DNA of 64,000 nucleotides from Candidatus Daviesbacteria bacterium (lineage in GTDB: Bacteria > Patescibacteriota > Microgenomatia > Daviesbacterales > UBA10151). Within the stretch, counting starts at the first letter, position 1, and every line of letters begins with the position of its first letter. The position numbers were made by a program, and so were the translations under genes. The notes under the pieces are model-generated. The model did no database searches, was not told where the DNA came from, and saw nothing but the letters and a program-made list of their open reading frames with translations. The stretch is taken from NCBI GenBank assembly GCA_028712705.1, contig JAQTPP010000001.1, positions 81,521-145,520 on the forward strand, read 5' to 3'. Below are positions 35,566 through 45,495 of the stretch, piece after piece.

Positions 35566-37998
35566 ATGGTTGATTTCATTAAATCGATTACGCCAACTTC
35601 AACAGAACCTTTAAAGTTGAAACCGACTATGCCGGTTGGACCGCTTCGTGATACGGTAATTTTTCCCGGCAACTCAGTCCCGATTATATCCGGCAGACCA
35701 AGGTCTAAGGCCGCGCTAGATGCAGTATGGGGTAGCGATAAATTGATAGTTTTTGTCACTCAAAAAAATTCCCGGATTGAAGACCCAACAGAAAAAGACC
35801 TGTATAAAGTTGGTACTGTTTGTCTGATAAGACGGGTAGTTAAAAATCCTGAAGGAGAATACACACTGCAGGCAGAAGGGCTTTCCAGGGTATACTTAAA
35901 AAGTTTTACCAAGATAGAGCCTTATTTAGAAGCGGAAATAGAAGAAATCCCCGAACTTTACGAAAAAAGCGAACAAACAGAAGCATTGGTTAGAACTGTT
36001 AGAGAACAAATGAAACGGTTTCTGGAGTTGGGCGGTAACCCATTTTTTGACCAAAGCAATTTCGCCAACTGGTCCCTTTTTACCTATAGCGATGATCCAA
36101 ATCAGTTGGTAAACTCGATAACCCAATCTATAGATTTTAAAACCATAGACAAACAACAGATCTTAGAAATGGTTTCTGCAGGAGAAAGGTTGCAACGGCT
36201 ATCCGAGCTTTTGGCAAAAGAGATAAGAATTCTGGAAATATCACAGAAAATTTCATCGCAAACTCAAGAGCGTGTTTCCAAAATGACCAAGGAAGCGATT
36301 CTGCGGGAACAGATGAAGAGCATTGAAGAAGAGCTGGGCGGGGCAGATACGGAGCATCAGGAAATTAAAGAATTTGAACTCAAAATCAAAAAGAGCGGCA
36401 TGCCGAAAGAGGTTTTGGAAAGGGCAAAGAAAGAACTGGGGAGGTTGGCAAAGATGTCTTCCTATAACCCGGAAGCAGGTTATATCAGAAATTATCTGGA
36501 ATGGTTGACAGATTTACCTTGGAAGCATAGTAAAAAAGGTAAAGTTGATTTGAAAAAAGCAGAAGAGATTTTAGAAGAGGATCATTACGGTTTAAAGAAA
36601 GTAAAAGAGCGTATTCTTGAGTATTTGGCCGTTTACAAGCTTGCAGGCAAAATGAGGGGACCGATCCTTTGTTTCGTCGGCCCGCCGGGTACAGGTAAAA
36701 CTTCCATCGGAAAATCTATTGCCAGAGCTTTGAGCCGGAAATTTATCAAAGTATCTCTGGGTGGAATACGCGATGAGGCGGAAATAAGAGGACACCGCAG
36801 AACTTATGTCGGCTCTATGCCAGGCAGGATTATCCAGGGAATAAAACAGGCCGGCACCACCAACCCGGTTTTTATGCTGGATGAGATTGATAAAATTGGG
36901 ACAGACTACAGAGGTGATCCTTCGGCAGCGCTTCTTGAGGCGCTTGATCCTGAACAAAACGAAGGCTTTTCCGATCATTATTTGGAAGTATCATACGATC
37001 TTTCCAATGTTATGTTTATTACAACTGCAAATATTTTGGACACAATTCCACCGGCACTTCGGGACAGGCTTGAAGTGATCAGATACCCGGGTTACACGGA
37101 AGATGAAAAGTTCCATATTGCCAAAAAATTCTTAATTCCCAAGCAAATGCAAAATCATGGGTTCAAAAAGGACCAGATCGAGTTTCAAGATGAAGCTATT
37201 TATTCAATTATTAGAGGTTACACAAGAGAGGCCGGAGTTAGAAATTTGGAAAGAGAAATTTCAGCGGTCCTAAGAAAGGTGGCAAGAAAAATAGCAGAAG
37301 GAAATGGTGAGGTGAAGAAATTTATAATCCTTTCTAAGGATATCCATAGTTTTCTGGGACCAATCAAATTCTTACCAATTTTGGCTGAAAAGATGGATGA
37401 AATCGGGATGGTTACCGGTCTTTCCGTGACAGAGGCCGGAGGAGAGATTTTGTTTATTGAAGTCACTTTAATGCCCGGAAAAGGCAATTTGCTTTTGACA
37501 GGGCAACTGGGGGATGTGATGAAAGAATCTGGTCAAGCAGCAATGTCTTATGTTAGGGCTCACTGGACTGATTTGGGATTGCCGGAGCGGTTTTTCCAAA
37601 AGGTTGATGTGCATGTTCATGTTCCGGAAGGAGCAATTCCAAAAGATGGCCCCTCGGCAGGGATAGCTCTTACAACTGCCATTGTTTCCGCATTCACAAA
37701 GATTCCGGTCCATAAAGATATAGCCATGACCGGTGAGGTTACGTTAAGAGGACGAGTTTTGGAAATAGGTGGATTCAAAGAAAAAGTTTTGGCAGCTCAC
37801 CGGGCCGGAGTAAAAGTTATAATTGCGCCGGCTGATAATGAAAAAGATTTGGAAGATATTCCGGATTATGTACAAAAGGATCTTAAATTTATCTTTGTCA
37901 AACATATGGATGATGTTTTAAGAGTTGCGCTGGTGAGACCTCCTCAACCAGCAACCAGAAAAAGAATCCCAATTTCTCCTCCGGCCTATTTAGCATAA
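35566..37998 (+). CDS. lon: ATP-dependent protease Lon
   Basis: Lon N-domain, AAA+ Walker A (GPPGTGKTS) and the protease Ser site ([20 protein letters not shown]). Confidence 0.9.
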   Translation: MVDFIKSITPTSTEPLKLKPTMPVGPLRDTVIFPGNSVPIISGRPRSKAALDAVWGSDKLIVFVTQKNSRIEDPTEKDLYKVGTVCLIRRVVKNPEGEYTLQAEGLSRVYLKSFTKIEPYLEAEIEEIPELYEKSEQTEALVRTVREQMKRFLELGGNPFFDQSNFANWSLFTYSDDPNQLVNSITQSIDFKTIDKQQILEMVSAGERLQRLSELLAKEIRILEISQKISSQTQERVSKMTKEAILREQMKSIEEELGGADTEHQEIKEFELKIKKSGMPKEVLERAKKELGRLAKMSSYNPEAGYIRNYLEWLTDLPWKHSKKGKVDLKKAEEILEEDHYGLKKVKERILEYLAVYKLAGKMRGPILCFVGPPGTGKTSIGKSIARALSRKFIKVSLGGIRDEAEIRGHRRTYVGSMPGRIIQGIKQAGTTNPVFMLDEIDKIGTDYRGDPSAALLEALDPEQNEGFSDHYLEVSYDLSNVMFITTANILDTIPPALRDRLEVIRYPGYTEDEKFHIAKKFLIPKQMQNHGFKKDQIEFQDEAIYSIIRGYTREAGVRNLEREISAVLRKVARKIAEGNGEVKKFIILSKDIHSFLGPIKFLPILAEKMDEIGMVTGLSVTEAGGEILFIEVTLMPGKGNLLLTGQLGDVMKESGQAAMSYVRAHWTDLGLPERFFQKVDVHVHVPEGAIPKDGPSAGIALTTAIVSAFTKIPVHKDIAMTGEVTLRGRVLEIGGFKEKVLAAHRAGVKVIIAPADNEKDLEDIPDYVQKDLKFIFVKHMDDVLRVALVRPPQPATRKRIPISPPAYLA

Positions 37999-38005
37999 AG
38001 TTTTT

Positions 38006-38102
38006 GTCATTCCGAGTGATTAGCGAGGAGTCCCGATTAAATCGGGATTGCCGCGTCGCGGAGTTTACACTGAGCGAAGTCGAAGCGCTCCTCGCAATGA
38101 CA
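38006..38102. repeat. Nested-palindrome MITE-like element (TTGTCATTCCGAG...CTCGCAATGACAA) between lon and hppA
   Basis: Outer inverted repeat ttgtcattccgagtgattagcgaggag / cgctcctcgcaatgacaa. Inner hairpin cccgattaaatcggg. Same family as 15846-15927. Confidence 0.7.
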
Positions 38103-38175
38103 ACAATACTAGTCTCCCCCTTGACTTAGTTTATAATGCTGGTGTAAATTTTAAGGTACTGCTCCGAAAGACTTC

Positions 38176-40182
38176 ATGGATTTCATATTAAATAATGTCA
38201 ATTTAATAATTTGGACTGCCGTGGCGGCCGCTCTCCTGTATGGCTTTTGGCTGATTGTGGAAATTTTAAGGAAAGATTCCGGTGATGAGAAAATGCGGGA
38301 AATCGCCTCGGCGATTCAGGTTGGAGCTGGGGCATATTTACAAAGGCAATACAAAGTTGTTGCTTTGGTTGCAGCTGTTCTGGCAGTCTTAATATATTAT
38401 ATTTTAGGTCAGAATACCGCAATTGGATTTATAATCGGCGCTTTTCTTTCGGCTCTGGCCGGGTTTATCGGTATGAGTGTGGCAGTGAGGGCTAATGTTC
38501 GGGTGGCAGAGGAGGCCAAGAAAGGTTTATCCGAGGCTTTTATTTTGGCATATAAAGGCGGGGCAGTGACGGGATTTCTGGTAGTAGGTTTGGCGCTGGC
38601 AGCAGTTTTTGGATTTTATCAGTATACTGGCGGGGATTTAAAATCTCTGGTTGGACTTGGTTTTGGCGGATCCTTAATTTCTGTTTTTGCCCGTCTTGGT
38701 GGGGGCATTTTTACCAAAGGGGCAGATGTGGGGGCGGATTTGGTGGGGAAGATTGAAGCAGGAATACCTGAAGATGACCCCAGAAATCCGGCAGTAATTG
38801 CCGATAATGTGGGGGATAATGTTGGGGATTGTGCCGGAATGGCAGCAGATATTTTTGAAACTTATATTGTGACCGCCATTGCCTCTATGATTTTAGGTCA
38901 ACTCTTGTTTCCGGGATACAGCAATGCCGTGATGTTTCCCCTTTTAATCCTTGCTATGGGAATCCTGGCTTCGATTGTAGGATCGTTCTTTGTTAAATTG
39001 ACGGGTAAAAACATTATGAAAGCTCTTTATAAAGGGATGATAGCAACTAGCGCTGTCTGCGCAGTTTTATTTTATCCTGTTGTCTACAGCGTTATGGGAG
39101 ACAATGGCATCATAAGCGTTTTTAATTTATACCTGGCATCTTTAATCGGAATACTGGTGACTGCGGGAATGGTACTCATAACCGAATATTATACAGGTGC
39201 GGAGTACTCCCCTGTCCAAAATTTAGGATTGGCTTCCAAGACAGGTCATGCTACCAATATTATTGCGGGACTTGCTTTGTCTATGCGTTCAACTTTTGCT
39301 CCGGTAATTCTAATTTCCACAGCGGTATTATTAAGTTTTATGTTTGCGGGGCTTTATGGAATTGCTCTGGCCGGTGCGGCAATGCTTTCTTTAGCCGGAA
39401 TTGTAGTGGCAATAGATGCATTCGGTCCGATTACAGATAATGCAGGCGGAATCGCAGAGATGGCAAATCTTTCTTCCAAAGTTCGCGATGTGACAGATCC
39501 GCTGGATGCTGTTGGGAATACGACTAAGGCTGTGACTAAAGGTTATGCGATTGCTTCGGCAGCGCTGGCAGCAATGGTTTTGTTTACAGCATATGCTCAG
39601 GAATTTTCTTCTCAAGGTTCAGAGCTACAGTTTTCATTATCAGACCCTAATGTTTTGGTAGGGCTTTTTATTGGAGGTTCGCTTCCTTATCTTTTTGCCT
39701 CCTATGCAATGGAAGCTGTAGGGCGGGCCGGAGGAGCAGTGGTTGAGGAAGTCAGGCGTCAGTTTAGAACTATCAAAGGCATTATGGAGGGTAAAGCCAA
39801 ACCTGATTATGCAAAGTGTGTTGATATTGTGACTCAATCGGCGCAAAAAGAGATGCTGGTGCCTGCTTTAATTCCTGTTTTGTCGCCGGTCATTGTGGGA
39901 TTTGCCCTGGGTCCGGTCGCTTTGGGTGGGATGCTGGTGGGATCAATTGTGACAGGGATTTTTGTAGCGGTTTCTATGACAACAGGTGGCGCTGCCTGGG
40001 ATAATGCCAAAAAGTATATTGAGAGTGGTAAATTTGGCGGGAAGGGTTCTGAAACCCATAAAGCAGCAGTCACAGGAGATACAGTTGGCGACCCTTACAA
40101 AGACACCGCCGGTCCTGCCATTAATCCAATGATTAAAGTTGTAAATATTGTGGCTTTACTTTTAGTTCCCTTCTTGAGATAA
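38176..40182 (+). CDS. hppA: Membrane-bound proton/sodium-translocating pyrophosphatase
   Basis: [37 protein letters not shown] and the C-terminal [14 protein letters not shown] motifs. About 15 TM helices. Confidence 0.9.
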   Translation: MDFILNNVNLIIWTAVAAALLYGFWLIVEILRKDSGDEKMREIASAIQVGAGAYLQRQYKVVALVAAVLAVLIYYILGQNTAIGFIIGAFLSALAGFIGMSVAVRANVRVAEEAKKGLSEAFILAYKGGAVTGFLVVGLALAAVFGFYQYTGGDLKSLVGLGFGGSLISVFARLGGGIFTKGADVGADLVGKIEAGIPEDDPRNPAVIADNVGDNVGDCAGMAADIFETYIVTAIASMILGQLLFPGYSNAVMFPLLILAMGILASIVGSFFVKLTGKNIMKALYKGMIATSAVCAVLFYPVVYSVMGDNGIISVFNLYLASLIGILVTAGMVLITEYYTGAEYSPVQNLGLASKTGHATNIIAGLALSMRSTFAPVILISTAVLLSFMFAGLYGIALAGAAMLSLAGIVVAIDAFGPITDNAGGIAEMANLSSKVRDVTDPLDAVGNTTKAVTKGYAIASAALAAMVLFTAYAQEFSSQGSELQFSLSDPNVLVGLFIGGSLPYLFASYAMEAVGRAGGAVVEEVRRQFRTIKGIMEGKAKPDYAKCVDIVTQSAQKEMLVPALIPVLSPVIVGFALGPVALGGMLVGSIVTGIFVAVSMTTGGAAWDNAKKYIESGKFGGKGSETHKAAVTGDTVGDPYKDTAGPAINPMIKVVNIVALLLVPFLR

Positions 40183-40183
40183 T

Positions 40184-40519
40184 TTGCAAATTATGGTTGT
40201 TGAATACGGACTACATGGATCTTGGGCTGAAAGACAAAAGCAAACTACGGGAGTAGTTGAGCCTGGTAATACGCTAACTATTTATATTTCAGAAAATAGA
40301 ATATTACATATTCTATGCGACGGAGAAGATAACGGAGGTAGGATTTTTGTTTCTGAACCAAATACTGTAGAATTGCGAGCTTCGCTAACACCTCGTGGAC
40401 CTTTGGTTGGTATTTGTGGCTTAAGAGCTAAAATGGAATTAGATAGGATGTGTAGTGCCGAAATTAGAGATGGCGGAGAAGTTGTTGCAACCATAAAACA
40501 CGTACCCTCACAAAGATAA
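40184..40519 (+). CDS. Hypothetical protein (111 aa), 2 nt downstream of hppA
   Basis: ORF only, with no recognised domain. Adjacent to the second RayT unit. Confidence 0.35.
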   Translation: MQIMVVEYGLHGSWAERQKQTTGVVEPGNTLTIYISENRILHILCDGEDNGGRIFVSEPNTVELRASLTPRGPLVGICGLRAKMELDRMCSAEIRDGGEVVATIKHVPSQR

Positions 40520-40564
40520 ATATACACATACCCGCATATTTACATGGAACTTATTGAGAAGATG

Positions 40565-41300
40565 CTTACAAACCCGGTTTGCAAGTTCAAAGTTCTTCAT
40601 CAATAGTGGTATGCTTAATTAATTCCAGCTTTGCTCCATAATCTGCCTGATCCAAGACAAATTTTTCATAAGCTTTTGGAGATTTGAAAAAATTTAATAT
40701 CTCCTCTTTGTTGATTGCAAGATTATCGCGCATGTTTATGTATTCTAAATAAGAAGACCAGGGATAGAGTTTTAGATCTTTTACAATCAGTGCTACTAAT
40801 GGGTTTAGATGGATATATCTAGATACGTGAATAAGTTGTTCATCTGTTTCTATTCTAACAGCCTTAAAGAGAGCCTGAAAAATGGGCCCTTGAGAGTTAT
40901 GCTTTATGTTTCTATATTTTGTATAGCTGTGGACAAATTTTCTAATTAGTTCAGAAATACCTCCATCATGTATTTGTTTAACCAGTAGATGAAAGTGATT
41001 AGGCATTAAACAGTAAGCTATGATTTCAACAATCTTTTTAGTTTCATCTATGGGAAAAGTTTTTTGCTGTCTGTGTACCGAAAATCGCGGTTTAGGATTT
41101 GCTATCTGGTAATAAAATAAAGTCTTGGCAAAACGATCATAATCTCTTTTATCTAAAAATGTCTGCTGTTTATTTATCCCCCTATTATAGAGGTGATAGT
41201 AGTCTCCATTGATAAAAGGAATTATTCTGTAGGGCATATAATTATTACCTTAGCTTTACAAACCCGGTTTGTCAATACGAATTCAAACCGGGTTTGCAGG
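40565..41300 (-). mobile_element. Second RayT-like HUH transposase unit flanked by CAAACCCGGTTTG-type palindromes
   Basis: acaaacccggtttgcaag abuts the stop codon (40568-40585). ctttacaaacccggtttgtcaatacgaattcaaaccgggtttgcagg lies at 41254-41300. The linker TGTCAATACGAATTC resembles the GTCAATACAAATCC in the first unit's repeats. Confidence 0.7.
40587..41237 (-). CDS. REP-associated tyrosine transposase-like protein (second paralog)
   Basis: YYHLYNRGINKQQTF, HUH AYCLMPNHFHLLV, GPIFQALFKAVRIETDEQLIHVSRYIHLNP and YPWSSY. About 55% identical to the copy at 34247-34897. Confidence 0.8.
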   Translation of the reverse strand: MPYRIIPFINGDYYHLYNRGINKQQTFLDKRDYDRFAKTLFYYQIANPKPRFSVHRQQKTFPIDETKKIVEIIAYCLMPNHFHLLVKQIHDGGISELIRKFVHSYTKYRNIKHNSQGPIFQALFKAVRIETDEQLIHVSRYIHLNPLVALIVKDLKLYPWSSYLEYINMRDNLAINKEEILNFFKSPKAYEKFVLDQADYGAKLELIKHTTIDEEL

Positions 41301-41313
41301 TTGGTTGTGGTAC

Positions 41314-41733
41314 TTATTGGGTAGGTCCGCCAGTTGGGGGAGGGGGTGGTTGGCTGCCGAAAAGCGCATTTTTTACTTCATTTACTACCTGATCAGGTGT
41401 GTATGAAGCTTTTATTAAATAAGCCTGGGCCCCTAGTTCAAACCCTTCTTTTATAACTGCTTCCTGACCTAAATTTGTTAAAAGAATGGTGATCATCGGG
41501 GAGTTTGGATTTTGGGTCTTAAATTCCCGGAGAAGTTGTAAACCGTTAATCCCCGGAAGCATGATATCCAAAAGAAGCAAATCAAAAGTTTCATTTTTTA
41601 GTGTTTCCAAACCGCTTTGTCCGTCCACTGCGCTTTTCACCGCAAATCCTGCTTTGGCGAGTTGTCTTGTGTACAGTTCTCTTATGAAATCTTCGTCTTC
41701 AACAAGTAAAATTTTCTTTGGTGTCGGATCCAT
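41314..41733 (-). CDS. Stand-alone response regulator receiver (CheY-like) with a Pro-rich C-terminal tail
   Basis: KILLVEDEDFIREL...DLLLLDIMLPGINGL receiver signature. Ends GSQPPPPPTGGPTQ. Confidence 0.8.
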   Translation of the reverse strand: MDPTPKKILLVEDEDFIRELYTRQLAKAGFAVKSAVDGQSGLETLKNETFDLLLLDIMLPGINGLQLLREFKTQNPNSPMITILLTNLGQEAVIKEGFELGAQAYLIKASYTPDQVVNEVKNALFGSQPPPPPTGGPTQ

Positions 41734-41756
41734 ACACTTTATTTTATATTAATAGT

Positions 41757-43298
41757 CTAATAATTCAAAGTCCCGGATTGAATAGCTCCGGAAACAAATT
41801 TGTTGCTTTCTGAAACAGCGGTACTTAAGGTTACAATTGGTAAAGTAAAGGAAAATCTGCTGCCTTTTCCTGGTTCTGATTCAACCCAGATTTTACCATG
41901 GAGTTTTTCTACAATTGATTTAGAGATGTATAATCCCAGACCCGTGCCTTTGCTGGCTTGTTGCAGCTTATTAGAAACTCTGAAGAATTTACTAAAAAGG
42001 TGTGGGATTGCCTCCTGGGGGATTCCGACACCATTATCTGAGATAGTAGTCGTAATGTCATTCGGGGAAACTTTTACAGAAACCTCTATTTTTCCATTTG
42101 GATTAGTGTAGTTTATTGCATTAGAGACAAGGTTGGTTATTACTTCGTTTATTCTGATAGGGTCGGTAATAACTTTGGGTAATGTTTCAGTTGGCAAAAG
42201 CATATTCAAGACAATATTTTTTTGAGTAGCTTGACTTTTTAAATCTTCAACTGTCTTGGTTAGTATGGGCAGATAATCGGTTGGTTGCGGAGAAACGGAT
42301 AGTTGTTCTTTTTCGATTTTATTGACATTAAGCAGATTTTGAATCAAGGTTTGGAGTTGTTTGGCAGCAACAAATGCTTTATTCAGTAGGTTTAAGCTTT
42401 CTGCAGGGATTTTGCCTTTGTTTTCATCGAGGAATACAGACAGATAACCGACAATACTGGTTAAAGGTGTTTTTAGCTCATGTGATGCCATAGATACAAA
42501 ATCCAGTTTCATTTGTTCCAGCTCTTCTTCTCTGGATAAATCATGGATTATTAAAATGCAGTTTAGATTAGTTTGTACGGCACTGCCGACCTGTGTAGTC
42601 GTGAGACTAACTTTTGTCTGTTTGCCATTTTTGCCGACAAGCCTCGCTGTTTGATTAAAACTTTCCTGGCAGTAGGTTTTAGGCAGGATTTCTTCCTGTT
42701 CGGAAAATAGATGGATCGCCTGGTCAACTGATTTACCGAGGACATCGGATTCCCTGAAACCTGTCAGTTCTTCCGAAGCTTTATTCAAAAACATGATATT
42801 TTTATTGAAATCCAACGCAATAATCCCGTCAATGATGGATGAAAGAATCTCATCAAATTTATTTTTTTCCGAAACTGCAATTGCCTCATCGTTTTCAAGC
42901 TTTTGAATTGCGGCAGAAAGTTTTTCTGCCATGAGATTAAATGAATCTCCTACGTCTTCAAATTCATCACCAGATTGTAGATTAATTCGATGGTTAAGAT
43001 TGCCATCGGAAAAAACCCTTGTGCTTTTAATAAACAAATCCAATGGCCGCAATACCCAAAGGAGTAATATAATGGCTAAAATTGCGCTGGCTGCTGCTAC
43101 CAGAATATAAACTAAGGCTGTGAGTGGAATAAACAGTCCCAGAATATAGGGGGAGGTTACCGCTAAGGCTATAATTAGGGCAACCTTTAAACGGAGTGTT
43201 TTTTTGGTCTTTTTAATAAGCGAACCTTGGGCAGCTTGGTCCATGATCCAAGCGTAACAGAAGTGAGATCCTTGTTCAACTCTAACTTTGGCCTGCAC
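41757..43298 (-). CDS. Sensor histidine kinase (TM, HAMP-like, PAS, HisKA, HATPase_c); an alternative start at 43244 is possible
   Basis: H-box SHELKTPLTSIVGY, N-box and G-boxes (GTGLGLYISKSIVEKLHGKIWVESEPGKGSRFSFTLP), and two N-terminal TM helices. Confidence 0.8.
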   Translation of the reverse strand: MQAKVRVEQGSHFCYAWIMDQAAQGSLIKKTKKTLRLKVALIIALAVTSPYILGLFIPLTALVYILVAAASAILAIILLLWVLRPLDLFIKSTRVFSDGNLNHRINLQSGDEFEDVGDSFNLMAEKLSAAIQKLENDEAIAVSEKNKFDEILSSIIDGIIALDFNKNIMFLNKASEELTGFRESDVLGKSVDQAIHLFSEQEEILPKTYCQESFNQTARLVGKNGKQTKVSLTTTQVGSAVQTNLNCILIIHDLSREEELEQMKLDFVSMASHELKTPLTSIVGYLSVFLDENKGKIPAESLNLLNKAFVAAKQLQTLIQNLLNVNKIEKEQLSVSPQPTDYLPILTKTVEDLKSQATQKNIVLNMLLPTETLPKVITDPIRINEVITNLVSNAINYTNPNGKIEVSVKVSPNDITTTISDNGVGIPQEAIPHLFSKFFRVSNKLQQASKGTGLGLYISKSIVEKLHGKIWVESEPGKGSRFSFTLPIVTLSTAVSESNKFVSGAIQSGTLNY

Positions 43299-43339
43299 CT
43301 AGTCCTTCGGCAGAACTCAGGGTAGACTGCGCCGAAGTG

Positions 43340-43413
43340 TACCGCCAACGGGAGTTGAACCCGTGATTTCTTGGATGAGAACCAAGTGTCCTAGGCCACT
43401 AGACGATGGCGGC
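43340..43413 (-). tRNA. tRNA-Glu (anticodon CUC); 3' CCA not encoded
   Basis: Minus-strand read GCCGCCATCGTCTAGTGGCCTAGGACACTTGGTTCTCATCCAAGAAATCACGGGTTCAACTCCCGTTGGCGGTA gives an acceptor stem, a D-arm (GTCTAGTGG), an anticodon loop TTCTCAT and a T-arm GGTTCAACTCC. Confidence 0.8.
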
Positions 43414-43421
43414 GTGGTCAA

Positions 43422-43451
43422 ATTATACCCACAAGGCACTTAATTGACAAG
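43422..43451 (-). promoter_or_regulatory. Sigma70-type promoter for tRNA-Glu (TTGTCA-17-TATAAT on the minus strand)
   Basis: Minus-strand cTTGTCAattaagtgccttgtgggTATAATttgaccac immediately precedes the tRNA 5' end. Its -35 overlaps the plus-strand greA -35. Confidence 0.5.
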
Positions 43452-43472
43452 GTATGTTAATCAATATATAAT
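43444..43472 (+). promoter_or_regulatory. Consensus sigma70 promoter (TTGACA-17-TATAAT) for the greA leader
   Basis: TTGACA at 43444-43449, a 17-nt spacer and TATAAT at 43467-43472. Confidence 0.6.
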
Positions 43473-43564
43473 TCATTTCAATATGGCACTTGCTAAAGCA
43501 ATGGTTTCAAAAAAAATTGTCTCCCTTTCTACATTCCCTTGCCGGGGGGGCCGCTATGGCCAAC

Positions 43565-43642
43565 AGGCGCAGGGAGGTCTTTTTAGGTAAAAAAACCTAA
43601 AATCCCAAAGCAAAGGAGACCTCCTCAAAAGGGAGGTTTTTT
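43565..43642 (+). promoter_or_regulatory. Structured greA leader: long hairpin (GGAGGTC...GACCTCC), then a CCTCC-tcaaaag-GGAGG hairpin that sequesters the Shine-Dalgarno, then T6 immediately before the ATG
   Basis: Seen directly. Terminator-like geometry 6 nt upstream of the greA start codon. Confidence 0.45.
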
Positions 43643-44134
43643 ATGGCCGGAGCAAAACAACAATTGACAAGAAACGGACAAAATACCTACATTACTGCCA
43701 AGGGTTTAGCTGATGCTAAAGTAGAGCTGGAGTTTTTGAAAAAGACTAGGAGGGTTCAAATTGCCGAAAAAATTCATCAGGCCAGAGAATATGGAGATCT
43801 GACTGAGAACTCTGAGTATGATGCTGCGCTGGAAGAGCAGGCTATGGCAGAAAGCCGCATTTCGGACTTAGAGGATATCCTTAAAAGCGCAAAAGTCATA
43901 GAAAATCAGCATAATCAAGATTTTGTGGTGATCGGATCAACAGTCAAAATTGAGATGGATGAAGGAATTGATGAATTTACTATAGTGGGAAGAGTTGAAG
44001 CTGATCCCTCCAAAAAAAGAATCTCCAACGAATCGCCTTTAGGTTTGGCTTTAGTTGGTGCCAAAAAAGGAGAAACGGTTGAGGTTACAACACCGATAGT
44101 TAGATACAAATGTAAAGTACTGGAGATAAAATAA
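43643..44134 (+). CDS. greA: Transcription elongation factor GreA
   Basis: N-terminal coiled-coil ITAKGLADAKVELEFLKKTRRVQIAEKIHQAREYGDLTENSEYDAA plus the FKBP-like C-domain. Confidence 0.9.
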   Translation: MAGAKQQLTRNGQNTYITAKGLADAKVELEFLKKTRRVQIAEKIHQAREYGDLTENSEYDAALEEQAMAESRISDLEDILKSAKVIENQHNQDFVVIGSTVKIEMDEGIDEFTIVGRVEADPSKKRISNESPLGLALVGAKKGETVEVTTPIVRYKCKVLEIK

Positions 44135-45420
44135 TGGATGAGCCTTTAATTGTCTTTAATCCTAAATTACCTAGACTTTCAAAGAATGAAGGTAAAGTCT
44201 TAAAGCTTTTGGTGGAAGCGGGAAAATCAATCTCTCCTCTTTATCTTGAACAAGAAAAACAGATCAAGAAAAATTCTTTAATCAAAGAAGAAATTAATAA
44301 AGCAAGTAAAACTAATGCAGCAATTTTGTCTCCATATACAGTTTTAGAAAAAATAGATGGGAAAATTGTGACAATTCCTTATCATGTAAAATATGCAAAA
44401 CTACTCCGACCAATTGCAGACAAATTAAGTGAGGCTGCAAGTATTACTGATGATAAAGATTTTGGAAAAGTTCTTCAGTTACAAGCAAAAGCGTTACTGG
44501 ATGGTTCTTATGATAAAGCAACTATAGCTTGGCTTAAATTTAAACCATATATTTTGGATATTCAAATCGGTCCTGTTGCGTATAACCTTGATGATCAAAT
44601 ATTCCATGAAAAGGCGCCATATCAAGCTTGGGTTGGAGTAATGGATACAGAGGGAACAAAGAGGCTTAATAATTATAAAACTATAGTTTTGGGAACAAGA
44701 AGAAAAGCAATGTCCGAAGACAGAATAGATAATTACGAAAAGGTGAGGGCAAGGGTTAATGACGTTATTTTATTTTCTGGATTCATGGCGAGAATGAAAT
44801 TTGTGGGAATAAATTTGCCAATGGATCTTAATATTGTTGAAAGGTATGGTTCTCAAATAACACTTTTTAATCAGTCTAATGATTTAAGGATGAAAGAAAT
44901 AATCTTGCCAACTTTCAACCAACTATTCTCATCTGAATTTCGGGAAGGCTTTGAGTTGGAAGATTTAAGAAGAGGTTATCTACGTGCTACCGCTCTCCAT
45001 GAGTTAGCGCATAGCTTTTTATACTACAAACACGCATCAGAAAATTTAAAAGATTTATTCCCAGCTATTTATGAACTTGCCGCAACAATTTTAGGTATGA
45101 GGATGGCAGGTTCTTTACTACTGAAAGAAAGAATTACAGAAAAAATGTTAGAGTCAATGATTATTACATTTTTGTGTAGAAGTCTCTATTATATGAAACA
45201 AAGTAAAGTGAATAACCCTATGATAAATTATGTTTTGGGTGGGTCAATATTTGTTAATTCTATGCTTGAGTCTGGAGCATTGAATATGATAAAGGGAATG
45301 GCTGTAGTTAATTTCATGAAGATGTTCTTATCCTTACATGAGTTATCAGATACACTAGAACATCTACTCTCTTTCGGAACTTACATAGAGGCCGAAAATT
45401 TCGTCAAGAAATACACCTAA
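44134..45420 (+). CDS. Hypothetical protein with an HExxH motif (428 aa), start overlapping the greA stop
   Basis: RATALHELAHSFLYYKH contains HELAH. No further family assignment possible by eye. Confidence 0.5.
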   Translation: MDEPLIVFNPKLPRLSKNEGKVLKLLVEAGKSISPLYLEQEKQIKKNSLIKEEINKASKTNAAILSPYTVLEKIDGKIVTIPYHVKYAKLLRPIADKLSEAASITDDKDFGKVLQLQAKALLDGSYDKATIAWLKFKPYILDIQIGPVAYNLDDQIFHEKAPYQAWVGVMDTEGTKRLNNYKTIVLGTRRKAMSEDRIDNYEKVRARVNDVILFSGFMARMKFVGINLPMDLNIVERYGSQITLFNQSNDLRMKEIILPTFNQLFSSEFREGFELEDLRRGYLRATALHELAHSFLYYKHASENLKDLFPAIYELAATILGMRMAGSLLLKERITEKMLESMIITFLCRSLYYMKQSKVNNPMINYVLGGSIFVNSMLESGALNMIKGMAVVNFMKMFLSLHELSDTLEHLLSFGTYIEAENFVKKYT

Positions 45421-45450
45421 AGAAACTTTTTTAAATTTAAGAGCTTATAG

Positions 45451-45479
45451 TTGAAAAAAAATTGAAAAAAGGCTATAAT
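45451..45479 (+). promoter_or_regulatory. Consensus-like sigma70 promoter (TTGAAA-17-TATAAT)
   Basis: TTGAAA at 45451-45456, a 17-nt spacer and TATAAT at 45474-45479. Lies 16 nt upstream of the 45496 ORF. Confidence 0.5.
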
Positions 45480-45495
45480 TGGAATCCAAATTAAT

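Noticed and set aside
682-38102. CRISPR array interpretation of the recurring palindromes
   Set aside because: The copies are dispersed over tens of kilobases with no regular repeat-spacer periodicity, and no cas genes are present.
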